Positions 17,283 through 25,506 of a stretch of 32,000 nt of DNA are shown here, one piece after another. The DNA is taken from contig NZ_CP118164.1 in NCBI RefSeq assembly GCF_028748185.1, positions 3,403,814 to 3,435,813 on the forward strand, given 5' to 3'. Each line of letters starts with the position of its first letter. The first letter of the stretch is position 1. A program made the translations under genes and the position numbers. The DNA comes from Bremerella sp. P1. GTDB taxonomy: Bacteria; Planctomycetota; Planctomycetia; Pirellulales; Pirellulaceae. Below the pieces are notes generated by a model. The model was given only the letters and a program-made list of their open reading frames with translations. It did no database searches and was not told where the DNA came from.

Positions 17283-18446
17283 TTAGAAACGAAGTTGCCC
17301 GAGGGCCTCCACCAACGTGTCCAGGTGCTGCTGCGTGTGCCCCGAGGAAAGGCTGATTCGCAAGAGACACTCTCCGTCAGGCACCGAAGGAGGCCGAATG
17401 CCGGGGACCAGCATGCCGCGTTCAAACAACTTGGCAGAAAGCTCCATCACCAAGGCTTCTGTTCCGACGATCACCGGAATGATCTGGCTGTGACAGTCTC
17501 CCAGGCTCCAGCCTTGCCCTCGCAGTTCGTTTCGCAGAAACTCGGCACTGGCCATCAATTTTTGTCGACGCTCAGGCTCGTGCTGCACGATCTGCAGCGC
17601 GGCAACCATGGCCGCCGAATTGGCCGCCGGGGCGGCTGTCGAAAAGACATAAGGCCGCGAGCGATTCACCAGGTAATCGATCAGCATCTGGCTGCCAACG
17701 ACAAAGCCGCCATGTCCACCCAGCGCCTTGCTGAACGTCCCGACTCGCACTGGCACCCGATCTTCCACGCCGAAGTGTTCGCACAGGCCGTGACCATGCT
17801 GACCGAACACGCCGGTCGCGTGGGCTTCGTCGACCATCAGCATTGCTTCGTACTGTTCGGCTAGATCGACCAGTTCGGTCAGAGGAGCAATCGTGCCGTC
17901 CATGCTGAAGAGCGTATCGGTCACGATCAAGCGCCGCCGAAACGAGCCGCACTGCTTCAGTAGGTTTTCCAGGTAGTCGACGTCACGGTGAGGATAAACG
18001 CGAACGGTCGCTTTAGAAAGCCGCGTGCCGTCGATGATGCTGGCGTGGTTCTTCTCGTCGCTGAGGATCACATCGCCCCGATCGGTCAGCGCGTCGATTG
18101 TGCCGGCGTTGGCGGCAAAGCCGCTGGAAAACGTCAACGCGGCCTGGGTGTCTTCAAAGCGAGCCAGCTCTGCTTCAAGCCGGGCGTGCTCGCTGCCCCG
18201 GCCGGTGATCAGCGGACTGGCACCACTGCCCCACCCTTCGGCGACGATGGCCTTTTGTGCCGCATCTTGAAGACGAGGGTCAGCGGCCAGATCAAGATAA
18301 TCATTGCTGCCGAAGTTGATCAGGTGGTTCTCTTTCCACGAGACGGTGGCTCCCTGCTGGGTGGAGCGCACGTGGATCGCGCGCCGGCGCTCCATCGCAT
18401 GGAGCAGATCAAGTTGTTCGGGAATCCAAGCCAGAGAATCAAACAT
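17283..18446 (-). CDS. bioF: 8-amino-7-oxononanoate synthase (alpha-oxoamine synthase family)
   Basis: Family segments are FGSNDYLDLA, GSGASPLITGRGSEHARLE, SSGFAANAG, NHASIIDG, FSMDG, VDEAHATGV, the PLP-lysine segment GTFSKALGGHGG, and IRPPSVPDGECLLRISLSSGH, which resembles the BioF C-terminus. A Kbl-type paralogue cannot be fully excluded. Confidence 0.75.
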   Translation of the reverse strand: MFDSLAWIPEQLDLLHAMERRRAIHVRSTQQGATVSWKENHLINFGSNDYLDLAADPRLQDAAQKAIVAEGWGSGASPLITGRGSEHARLEAELARFEDTQAALTFSSGFAANAGTIDALTDRGDVILSDEKNHASIIDGTRLSKATVRVYPHRDVDYLENLLKQCGSFRRRLIVTDTLFSMDGTIAPLTELVDLAEQYEAMLMVDEAHATGVFGQHGHGLCEHFGVEDRVPVRVGTFSKALGGHGGFVVGSQMLIDYLVNRSRPYVFSTAAPAANSAAMVAALQIVQHEPERRQKLMASAEFLRNELRGQGWSLGDCHSQIIPVIVGTEALVMELSAKLFERGMLVPGIRPPSVPDGECLLRISLSSGHTQQHLDTLVEALGQLRF

Positions 18447-18517
18447 GGGTTACTCGCGAAATAGAGGTCTACTCTTATTATTTCGCAAGCACGCCGATCG
18501 CTCAAACGGGCTTGACC

Positions 18518-19294
18518 CTACTTCAGCAGCTGCTTTTTGAGATAGTCGACCAGGTCGAGCTTGACCGTGCCGTTTTCCAGCTCTTTGGCGATTGCCTTGT
18601 TCGCTTCACGAACGAGCTTTTCCTCTTTGCTTGAGAGTTTCTTGGCGAGCGTGCCTTCGAGCTGTTCGCCGATTTGCTCGGCTACTTCGCCATGGGCCTT
18701 GCCGATACGATGAACATAGAATCGCTCGAGTTCGATCTGGCCGCCGGTCACTTTGGGCGTCAGTTCGGCCGTGGAAACCAACGTGGACATGTCCCATTTA
18801 CTTTCAAGCTGGACATCCAGACGAATCTTGACCGTCGCCTCGGCGACTACGCTCACACCGAGCAGGCGCACTCCGCGGACCCATTGTTGGAATTCGGCCT
18901 CGCCTTGGAACTCGACCCGGGCATGGATCTGGCACGTCGAACGCATGGGGCCGACGTTGAGATCCTCGATCCAAATCCGGACATGCTGATTCGGGTCTTC
19001 GATGTGCCCCAGGTAACGAACCCAGTCTCCGTGGTTCTTGGCTTCCTTCACGCGTTCCAGCTTCAAGCTATTCCACTTGCCGCGGACTTTCAGCCGCTTG
19101 GTGAAGTCGTGTGTGCGTCCCCAGTCCGATTCGTCTTTGAACGAGGACGGAAGCGACCGCCGGACGGCGTCTTCCAAAATGGGGGAGAGAATCTTCTCGA
19201 AGTCGGCCTTGGGGGCTGCTGCTAGCATCGACGGAACGAGCAAGCAGATGCCCATAACGAGCAGCGGCAACGTTCTCCAGATTCGCAGCGGCAT
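18518..19294 (-). CDS. Secreted hypothetical protein
   Basis: The signal peptide is MPLRIWRTLPLLVMGICLLVPSMLAAAPKA. Amino-acid composition is balanced and the C-terminus is Lys/Glu-rich and helical. I recognised no family. Confidence 0.6.
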   Translation of the reverse strand: MPLRIWRTLPLLVMGICLLVPSMLAAAPKADFEKILSPILEDAVRRSLPSSFKDESDWGRTHDFTKRLKVRGKWNSLKLERVKEAKNHGDWVRYLGHIEDPNQHVRIWIEDLNVGPMRSTCQIHARVEFQGEAEFQQWVRGVRLLGVSVVAEATVKIRLDVQLESKWDMSTLVSTAELTPKVTGGQIELERFYVHRIGKAHGEVAEQIGEQLEGTLAKKLSSKEEKLVREANKAIAKELENGTVKLDLVDYLKKQLLK

Positions 19295-19471
19295 GAGCTT
19301 CTCCCCAAGAAGGTGTGGACACTAAGAGTGTTTATCGCAATTTTCTCGATTTGGTTCGCACGATTTCTCTAAAGTCGGACGAACCGGATTGGCACGGTTG
19401 TGCGAATTCTTCTAAGATTCCGTCCCGATTCTCGTACGATTCCCCCTCTCTCACCCATCGTGGTTTCACGA

Positions 19472-22400
19472 ATGAACGGACTCATTCCAAACGCCGGTCG
19501 ATTTCTCACGTGCGCGCTGCTGTGGACCTCTCTGACGATGCTAGCGTCGTCGGTCCAGGCCGAGGTGCCAGGCACCTGGTATTTGGATGCGCAGCTGAAC
19601 GACGTGACCTTCGTGGATGACCGGCATGGCATCGCGGTGGGCGATCATGGTGCCATCTGGCAAACCGATGACGGCGGACGCGAGTGGCGACAGATTCCCT
19701 CGGGCACCGATGCGCATCTCGCGAGCGTCTATTTCACCGACGCTCAGCACGGCTGGGCGGTTGGTGGTCATCAGCAACCCTACAGCACTCAAACGCGTGG
19801 TGTTGTTCTGGCGACCAGCGATGGCGGGATGACCTGGAAGACGATGCCGGAGCAGTCGCTGCCGAAACTGACCGGTGTACGCTTTGAAGATACCCGGCAC
19901 GGCTGGGCCGTGGGGCATGGTTCGCACATGTTTCCAACCGGACTGTTTGAAACGACCGATGGCGGTCGCAGTTGGCGAAGCTTGCCAGGCACCCAGAACA
20001 CACGCTTTCAAAAGTTTGCAGTACTAACCGGTGGCGAACTGTTATTGGCCGGTGTGAAGGGTAATCTTTCACTGGCCGATCGCGGCGGAATTCGCAAGCC
20101 GACGATTCTCGTCGACCCACTCAGGGACATGCAGGATATCGTCGTGGCCGGTGCCAAGGACGCGACGGCTGTCGGTGAAGGTGGCCTCATCCTCAATTCG
20201 ACCAACGCCGGGACTTCCTGGGAAGTCATCGCGCCGGGACAACTCCAGCAAACCGATCGACAGGTCGACTTCTACGCGGTCGAACGTCTGGGCAAGCACG
20301 TCTGGATTGCCGGCGACCCTGGTAGTTTCGTGCTGCACTCGGCCGACGGCGGGCAATCATTCCAAACACAAAAGTTACCCACCACAGCGACTATTCGAGC
20401 CATCTTCTTTCGCAGTGAAACGACTGGCTGGGCTGTTGGCTCGCTGGGAACGATTTTGCATACGCAAGATAGTGGGCAGACGTGGAAGGTACAGCGACAA
20501 GGTGGCCAACGCCTGGCACTGCTGGGAATCTTTCATGATGCCTCGATCATTCCATACGAACTGGTGAGTTACCACGCTGGTTCCCAGGGATATCTCACCG
20601 GCATGGAAGTGATCAACCGACCGATGCCGCAAACCGGTAAGCCTCGGCTACCACTGGACGATGCCCTGCTGCATAGCGGAGCAAATGTCGGGCACACGGC
20701 CTGGCAGTTCCCAGCCTACGACGCCAAGCTCAAGCTGACCGGTGATCAAATGGCCAAGACCTGGGACGCCGCCAACGACGGTCAGGGTCTTGCTGCTGCC
20801 GAAAGCTACCTGGTCCAACGCATTCGACAATGGAAGCCCACCGTCGTTTTGACCGACTACGCCGATCCAACCGGCAAAGATCCGCTGGCCTACATGGTGA
20901 ACCAGTTGGTGCTTCGCGCCGTCGAGAAAGCGGGCGATGCCGATAGTTTCCCGCAGCACCAGTCCGAACTGGGACTCGCTCCGTGGACAGTTGCCAGGGT
21001 GTGTAGCGTCGTACCGGAAGGCCAGAACGGCTCGATCACGTTGAACGCGACGCAGATCTCTCCGCAGCTGGCGATGTCTCTGTCCGAGCACGCTGGCGTC
21101 TCGCGGGGGATCGCTACAGGCCAATTGATCGAAACGCCTTCGACATTAGAAATGAAAGTCTTGCGTTCGTCGGGGCTGATCGAAGGTCGCTTGAGCGATA
21201 TCTTCACCGGCCTTTCCGTGCCAGCTGGCAAAGGAGCACGGCGACCACCGCAGCAAATGTCGCTGGTCGATCTGGCTCAGCTACAGCGAGCAGCACAGAA
21301 ACGCCGCAACATGTTCGAGATGATCAATCACGCCGTCCAAGATGAGCAGCGCGGCGCGTTGCTCTTGGGGCAGATGCTCAAGCTATCGGAAGACTTGCCG
21401 CCGGCACGTAGCGTCGAAGTCCTTTCGCACCTGGCCGAGAAGGCCAATGAAAGCGGTAACCTGTCTCTAGCGGCTGACATGCATCACCAGATTGTCAGCA
21501 CCTATCCATCGCACGTCCTGGCCGAGCGTTCCGCCGCTTGGCTATTGGCGTACTACGCAAGTAGCGAGATGCAGTTTCTGAATCGCAGCTCGGTGGAATT
21601 CGCCACTCCCACCGCACCCACGGAAACGCCAGAAGAAGAGACGGACGAGCAGAGTGGGGTCGCAACGGTATCGTTCGATGATCCCAACAACTACCGGCGT
21701 CCAACCAAGTCGCCTGAGCGTGCTGCCAAGTTGATTGCCCAGTTGAACCAGACGATGCCTCAAGTATTGGCTGACCCATCCTTAGCGTTCCTGTTGGAGC
21801 GTTTGCATTCCGAGCAAGGACACTCGCGTCAAGGCGAATCGTACATCCGACGTTTATTGAACTTGGGACAGGAAAACCCCTGGTGCCGTCGCGCCCAATG
21901 GGAACTTGTCCTCGGGCGAGGCAACAGCCGCGTCGATGCCCCGGTCGTGGCGGCCAACTATGAAGAGTCGAAGCCAGTACTCGATGGCCGATTGAATGAC
22001 CGGATCTGGCAAACGGGCAAGCCGGTCGACTTCCAGGCAGGTACCTTGTCACCGGAATCGGGCGCGCCCCCAGCCGCAATGATCGTGGGCTTTGACGAGG
22101 ACTATCTCTACCTGGCAATTCGGTGCATGAAGTCGAAGAACTTCCGCTACGAAGCCCCAGGGCAACGCGCACGCGAACGCGATGCCGATCTTCAGACAAG
22201 TGATCGCGTTCATATCTATCTCGATCTCGATCGCGACTACGCGACCTCGTATTGCTTGTCGGTCGACTATCGCGGTAGGACCGCCGATTCGCTGGTGGGC
22301 AACCTGGCATGGAACCCCAACTGGTATGTCGCCGCGGATCAGGATGCAACGACTTGGACCATCGAAGCGGCCATTCCTTTCAAGGAACTGTCAGGCCAGA

Positions 22401-22531
22401 TGCTTCAGCCGGGCGATACCTGGGGAATGGCCGTCCAACGCGTGATGGTCAGCGAAGGAACCGAGGCGTGGCCTTCCAGTGCCCTCTATGAAATGGGACC
22501 GAGTGAGTTCGGTCTCTTGCAATTTCAATAA
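19472..22531 (+). CDS. Large secreted multidomain protein: BNR/Asp-box (Ycf48-like) beta-propeller, LmbE-like degenerate domain, helical region, C-terminal CBM9-like domain
   Basis: The start at ATG 19472 gives the signal MNGLIPNAGRFLTCALLWTSLTMLASSVQAE; the track's upstream start at 19400 is unlikely. There are six Asp-box repeats: TDDGGREW, SDGGMTW, TDGGRSW, TNAGTSW, ADGGQSF and QDSGQTW. The C-terminus LDGRLNDRIWQ...DEDYLYLAIRC...DRVHIYLDLDRDY...TWTIEAAIPFKEL...GDTWGMAVQR is CBM9-like. Confidence 0.8.
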   Translation: MNGLIPNAGRFLTCALLWTSLTMLASSVQAEVPGTWYLDAQLNDVTFVDDRHGIAVGDHGAIWQTDDGGREWRQIPSGTDAHLASVYFTDAQHGWAVGGHQQPYSTQTRGVVLATSDGGMTWKTMPEQSLPKLTGVRFEDTRHGWAVGHGSHMFPTGLFETTDGGRSWRSLPGTQNTRFQKFAVLTGGELLLAGVKGNLSLADRGGIRKPTILVDPLRDMQDIVVAGAKDATAVGEGGLILNSTNAGTSWEVIAPGQLQQTDRQVDFYAVERLGKHVWIAGDPGSFVLHSADGGQSFQTQKLPTTATIRAIFFRSETTGWAVGSLGTILHTQDSGQTWKVQRQGGQRLALLGIFHDASIIPYELVSYHAGSQGYLTGMEVINRPMPQTGKPRLPLDDALLHSGANVGHTAWQFPAYDAKLKLTGDQMAKTWDAANDGQGLAAAESYLVQRIRQWKPTVVLTDYADPTGKDPLAYMVNQLVLRAVEKAGDADSFPQHQSELGLAPWTVARVCSVVPEGQNGSITLNATQISPQLAMSLSEHAGVSRGIATGQLIETPSTLEMKVLRSSGLIEGRLSDIFTGLSVPAGKGARRPPQQMSLVDLAQLQRAAQKRRNMFEMINHAVQDEQRGALLLGQMLKLSEDLPPARSVEVLSHLAEKANESGNLSLAADMHHQIVSTYPSHVLAERSAAWLLAYYASSEMQFLNRSSVEFATPTAPTETPEEETDEQSGVATVSFDDPNNYRRPTKSPERAAKLIAQLNQTMPQVLADPSLAFLLERLHSEQGHSRQGESYIRRLLNLGQENPWCRRAQWELVLGRGNSRVDAPVVAANYEESKPVLDGRLNDRIWQTGKPVDFQAGTLSPESGAPPAAMIVGFDEDYLYLAIRCMKSKNFRYEAPGQRARERDADLQTSDRVHIYLDLDRDYATSYCLSVDYRGRTADSLVGNLAWNPNWYVAADQDATTWTIEAAIPFKELSGQMLQPGDTWGMAVQRVMVSEGTEAWPSSALYEMGPSEFGLLQFQ

Positions 22532-22545
22532 ATCTGCTTAGAACG

Positions 22546-23559
22546 GTGCGAGATGAAACCAGTAGAGTTCTCTCGCAAACGGCATTAAGCGTGGCATATC
22601 TGATCGGAATCGATGAAGCTGGATACGGCCCCAACCTGGGACCGTTGGTCATCGGTGGAACCGTATGGCACCTCGACGACCGCCACGACGATCTCGACGG
22701 TATCGAACTGTACGACCTGTTGAAAGAAGCCATCGCGCGTAAGCCAAGTCGTAAGCATTTGGCGATTGCGGATTCAAAGGTCGTGTACGGTAAGCGAGAC
22801 GATCTCTCGCTGCTGGAAGAAGCCGTGCTCGCAACCGGCGATCATCTGGCCCATGTCCATCCGATCTGGGATGGATGCTGTGAGCCCGACCTGGGGGACG
22901 CCGCACCACAGGACCTGGCCCCATGGTATTTGGGGTGGCAGCATGTGTGCCCGCTGCACGCCGCGAGCGACACGGTCGCCGAGCGAACGACGCAGTTCGC
23001 CAGTGCCTGTCAGGCATGTGGCGTGTCGCTGAGCCAGGTGCGAAGCGTCTTTCTGACGGAGAAATCGTACAACGAGCGTCTCGCTAGAATCGGTAACAAG
23101 AGCACCGTGCTCTCGCACGCATCGCTCGGTTTGGTGCGGCGGCTGCTCGAAGAGATCGAGTCCCCGACTCCCCAGGCCGTACGCATCGTGTGTGACAAGC
23201 ATGGCGGGCGAGACTACTACGCCGGGCTCTTGCAGCACTTCTTCCCCGAAACGTGGTGGCAGATTCAAGAGGAGTCGCGCAGTGTCAGCCGTTATTTCGG
23301 CGAGTTCGGCCCGTTGGAAGTGTCGATCGAGTTTCGCTCGAAAGGGGAAGGCTTTCTCCCCACCGCGCTGGCGTCGATCTACGCCAAGTTCCACCGCGAG
23401 GTCGCGATGCGGGCCATCAATGCCTACTGGGCGAAACAGATTCCAGGAATCGCCGAGACCGCCGGGTATCCGGTCGACGCGGCTCGCTTTGCCGACGAGA
23501 CCGAAGCAAGCCGTAAGGAACTGAATATTCCGTGGGAAACATTCTGGCGACTCAAATAA
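22546..23559 (+). CDS. Divergent RNase HII-like (RNase H2 family) protein with large Cys/His-containing insertion
   Basis: RNase HII motifs occur in the canonical order: IGIDEAGYGPNLGPLV (DE), IADSKVV (D), IVCDKHGG (D), SKGEGFLPTALASIYAKFHRE, and AGYPVD. At 337 aa it is longer than the roughly 200 aa typical of the family. The GTG start is 14 nt after the upstream stop, and an alternative GTG lies at 22591. Confidence 0.6.
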   Translation: MRDETSRVLSQTALSVAYLIGIDEAGYGPNLGPLVIGGTVWHLDDRHDDLDGIELYDLLKEAIARKPSRKHLAIADSKVVYGKRDDLSLLEEAVLATGDHLAHVHPIWDGCCEPDLGDAAPQDLAPWYLGWQHVCPLHAASDTVAERTTQFASACQACGVSLSQVRSVFLTEKSYNERLARIGNKSTVLSHASLGLVRRLLEEIESPTPQAVRIVCDKHGGRDYYAGLLQHFFPETWWQIQEESRSVSRYFGEFGPLEVSIEFRSKGEGFLPTALASIYAKFHREVAMRAINAYWAKQIPGIAETAGYPVDAARFADETEASRKELNIPWETFWRLK

Positions 23560-23673
23560 TGGTCGCGAACCGCTCGTTGTCGATCTGGGGCCAGGGGAAT
23601 AAAATAACCAAAGTATGTGAAAAATAGGCGGCGAGCGAATTCGTCGTTTTCCCCCCAACAGAATCACAAGTTT

Positions 23674-24921
23674 ATGGCTACTTTCGACGTGGAATCGCAA
23701 TTGGATGTCGAACGCATCCGGGCCGATTTCCCCATTCTCCACCAGGTTGACGAAGAACAGAATCCCCTTGTTTACCTCGACAATGGTGCGAGTAGCCAGC
23801 GCCCGAAGTCGGTGATCGATTGCCTAAGTAACGTCTACGAAAAGCATTACGCCAATGTGCATCGTGGTGCCCATCGACTTAGTGGCGAGTCGACCGATCT
23901 ATTTGAAGAGGCCCGGCGTGCCGTTCAGCGGTTCATCGGTGCGTCTTCCGAGAATGAGGTGATCTTCACCAGCGGAACCACCATGGGCATCAACCTGGTG
24001 GCGCGCAGCTGGGGGGACGCCAACGTCACCGCTGGCGACGAGATTCTGCTGACCGAGATGGAACATCACTCCAATCTCGTGCCGTGGCATCAACTTGCGG
24101 AGCGAACCGGGGCCACGATTCGTGCGATTCCGGTCACCGTGGATGGGCAGTTGGATCTCAATGCACTTCCCGCCCGTCTCTCTGAGCGAACCAAGATTGT
24201 CGCCTTTGCGGCCGTTTCCAATGTGCTGGGGACGATCAACCCGGTGCGCGAGATTACCGAGGCAGCCCATGCGGTGGGGGCCAAGGTATTGGTCGACGCG
24301 GCCCAGTCGGTGCCGCACGAAGCGATCGATGTCGTTGGCTGGGATGCCGATTTCGTGGCTTTCAGCGGTCACAAAATGTTAGGGCCATCTGGCGTGGGGG
24401 TACTTTACGGCAAACAGTCGCTATTGGAAGAGATGCCACCGTTTTTGGGTGGCGGCAGCATGATCGATGTGGTCGAGATTGATCGCTTCACGCCTGCGAT
24501 GTTGCCAGCCAAGTTTGAAGCCGGTACGCCCCCAATCGCCGATGCGATTGCCATGAAACCGGCGATCGAATACCTGGAACAAGTTTGTTTGGCTCGTATC
24601 CTGCAACACGAACAATCGCTGGCCGCATACGCTCACGAGCTATTGGCCGATGTGCCGGGCCTGAAGATCTTAGGCCCGGATGTCAGTAAGAAGGCCGGCA
24701 TTGTCAGCTTTGTCATCGATGGCCTGGCCGCGAGTGACATCGCGACGTTTCTGGATGGACGCGGGATTGCCGTTCGCGAGGGGCATCATTGCACCCTGCC
24801 GCTGCATAAGAAGCTGGGAATCAGCGCGAGCGTGCGAGCCAGTTTCTATCTGTACAACACGCGGGAAGAGGTCGAAAAGCTGGCGGATGCTGTACGGACG
24901 ACGGTCGAGTTTTTCGGTTAA
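23674..24921 (+). CDS. sufS: Cysteine desulfurase, SufS/CsdA type (class V aminotransferase, group II)
   Basis: Family segments are RADFPIL, VYLDNGASSQRP, YANVHRGAHRLS, TEMEHHSN, the PLP-lysine segment AFSGHKMLGPSGVGVLYG, and the active-site Cys region REGHHCTLPL...RASFYLYNT. I prefer the ATG at 23674 over the upstream track start. Confidence 0.9.
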   Translation: MATFDVESQLDVERIRADFPILHQVDEEQNPLVYLDNGASSQRPKSVIDCLSNVYEKHYANVHRGAHRLSGESTDLFEEARRAVQRFIGASSENEVIFTSGTTMGINLVARSWGDANVTAGDEILLTEMEHHSNLVPWHQLAERTGATIRAIPVTVDGQLDLNALPARLSERTKIVAFAAVSNVLGTINPVREITEAAHAVGAKVLVDAAQSVPHEAIDVVGWDADFVAFSGHKMLGPSGVGVLYGKQSLLEEMPPFLGGGSMIDVVEIDRFTPAMLPAKFEAGTPPIADAIAMKPAIEYLEQVCLARILQHEQSLAAYAHELLADVPGLKILGPDVSKKAGIVSFVIDGLAASDIATFLDGRGIAVREGHHCTLPLHKKLGISASVRASFYLYNTREEVEKLADAVRTTVEFFG

Positions 24922-25020
24922 ACCGGATCGAAGATTACCAGACGCGGCATCCTAAATTCGCTAGACTGGTCGTTAGGCACGTTCAACATCTCGCTTCTTT
25001 TCGGACAGGAATTCAGGCAA

Positions 25021-25473
25021 ATGTCTCAAAAAGATTACACCCGACGCGACTTTCACAAGCTTTCCGCTGCTGCCCTGAGTGGGATGATGGCGGCCGGCAC
25101 GATCGGTTGTGGTGCGAAGCCCGATGCTACCGGTAACGGCGATGCTTCGCCCGAAGGCGAAGGCACTTCCACCGTCGCCAAGCATGCTTGTCGCGGATTG
25201 AACGAATGCAAAGGCCAAGGCGCCAAGGGCACCAACGAATGTGCTGGTGCCGGAGCGTGTGCGACCGTCGAACATCACGTATGTGGTGGCCACAACGAGT
25301 GCAAAGGCCAAGGCGGCTGCGGTAAGACGCCGGGGGCCAATGATTGCAAAGGGCAAGGTGGCTGCCATGTCCCGATGAGCGGCGGCATGTGGACCAAGGC
25401 CCGCGAGCTGTTCGAAGAGCAGATGAAAGAAAAGGGCCTCGAACTGAAGCCTGCTCCGGAACCGGCTGCCTAA
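25021..25473 (+). CDS. Cys-rich exported precursor-like protein (bufferin/BufA-like) with Tat-type signal and possible lipobox
   Basis: T7-R-R-D-F-H-K13 matches the Tat consensus S/T-R-R-x-F-L-K. A hydrophobic region follows, then I-G-C30. The core (aa 57-115) holds 9 Cys, partly in four decapeptide units of the form x-N-[ED]-C-[KA]-G-[QA]-G-[GA]-[CK]. The gene sits 34 nt upstream of a DUF692 gene. Confidence 0.75.
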   Translation: MSQKDYTRRDFHKLSAAALSGMMAAGTIGCGAKPDATGNGDASPEGEGTSTVAKHACRGLNECKGQGAKGTNECAGAGACATVEHHVCGGHNECKGQGGCGKTPGANDCKGQGGCHVPMSGGMWTKARELFEEQMKEKGLELKPAPEPAA

Positions 25474-25506
25474 GACACCGCTCGCCCAAGACTCTGAGTA
25501 GCGATT

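Noticed and set aside
18452-18490. An 8-bp inverted repeat gcgaaata…tatttcgc between bioF and the upstream secreted-protein gene.
   Set aside because: The stem is short and AT-rich, the loop is about 16 nt and there is no U-tract. This is not convincing as a terminator or an operator.
19390-19404. A sigma-54-like element TGGCACGGTTGTGCG about 70 nt upstream of the giant protein's ATG.
   Set aside because: The GG and GC dinucleotides are separated by 9 nt, not the canonical 10, and the -12 region is TGTGC, not TTGC. No enhancer-binding-protein gene is nearby.
21495-23742. Minus-strand ORFs of 284 aa (21495..22349) and 322 aa (22774..23742).
   Set aside because: They lie opposite the CBM9-like end of the giant protein and the RNase HII-like gene. 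Both are Arg/Pro/Ser-rich shadow frames (…RSRSRDRDRDRYERD…).
23674-25020. The possibility that sufS, 100 nt upstream on the same strand, is a sulfur-donating member of the RiPP cassette.
   Set aside because: SufS looks like an ordinary group II cysteine desulfurase. Known DUF692/DUF2063 systems modify Cys residues already present in the precursor and do not require a desulfurase. The 100-nt gap contrasts with the 34-nt and 4-nt gaps inside the cassette. Co-transcription cannot be excluded without RNA data.
25189-25365. Apparent nucleotide-level tandem repetition (aacgaatgcaaaggccaagg…, aacgagtgcaaaggccaaggcggctgc, gattgcaaagggcaaggtggctgc).
   Set aside because: The repeats are in frame and imperfect, and they encode the decapeptide units of the precursor. 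This is a coding repeat, not a CRISPR array, a minisatellite or a mobile-element terminus.
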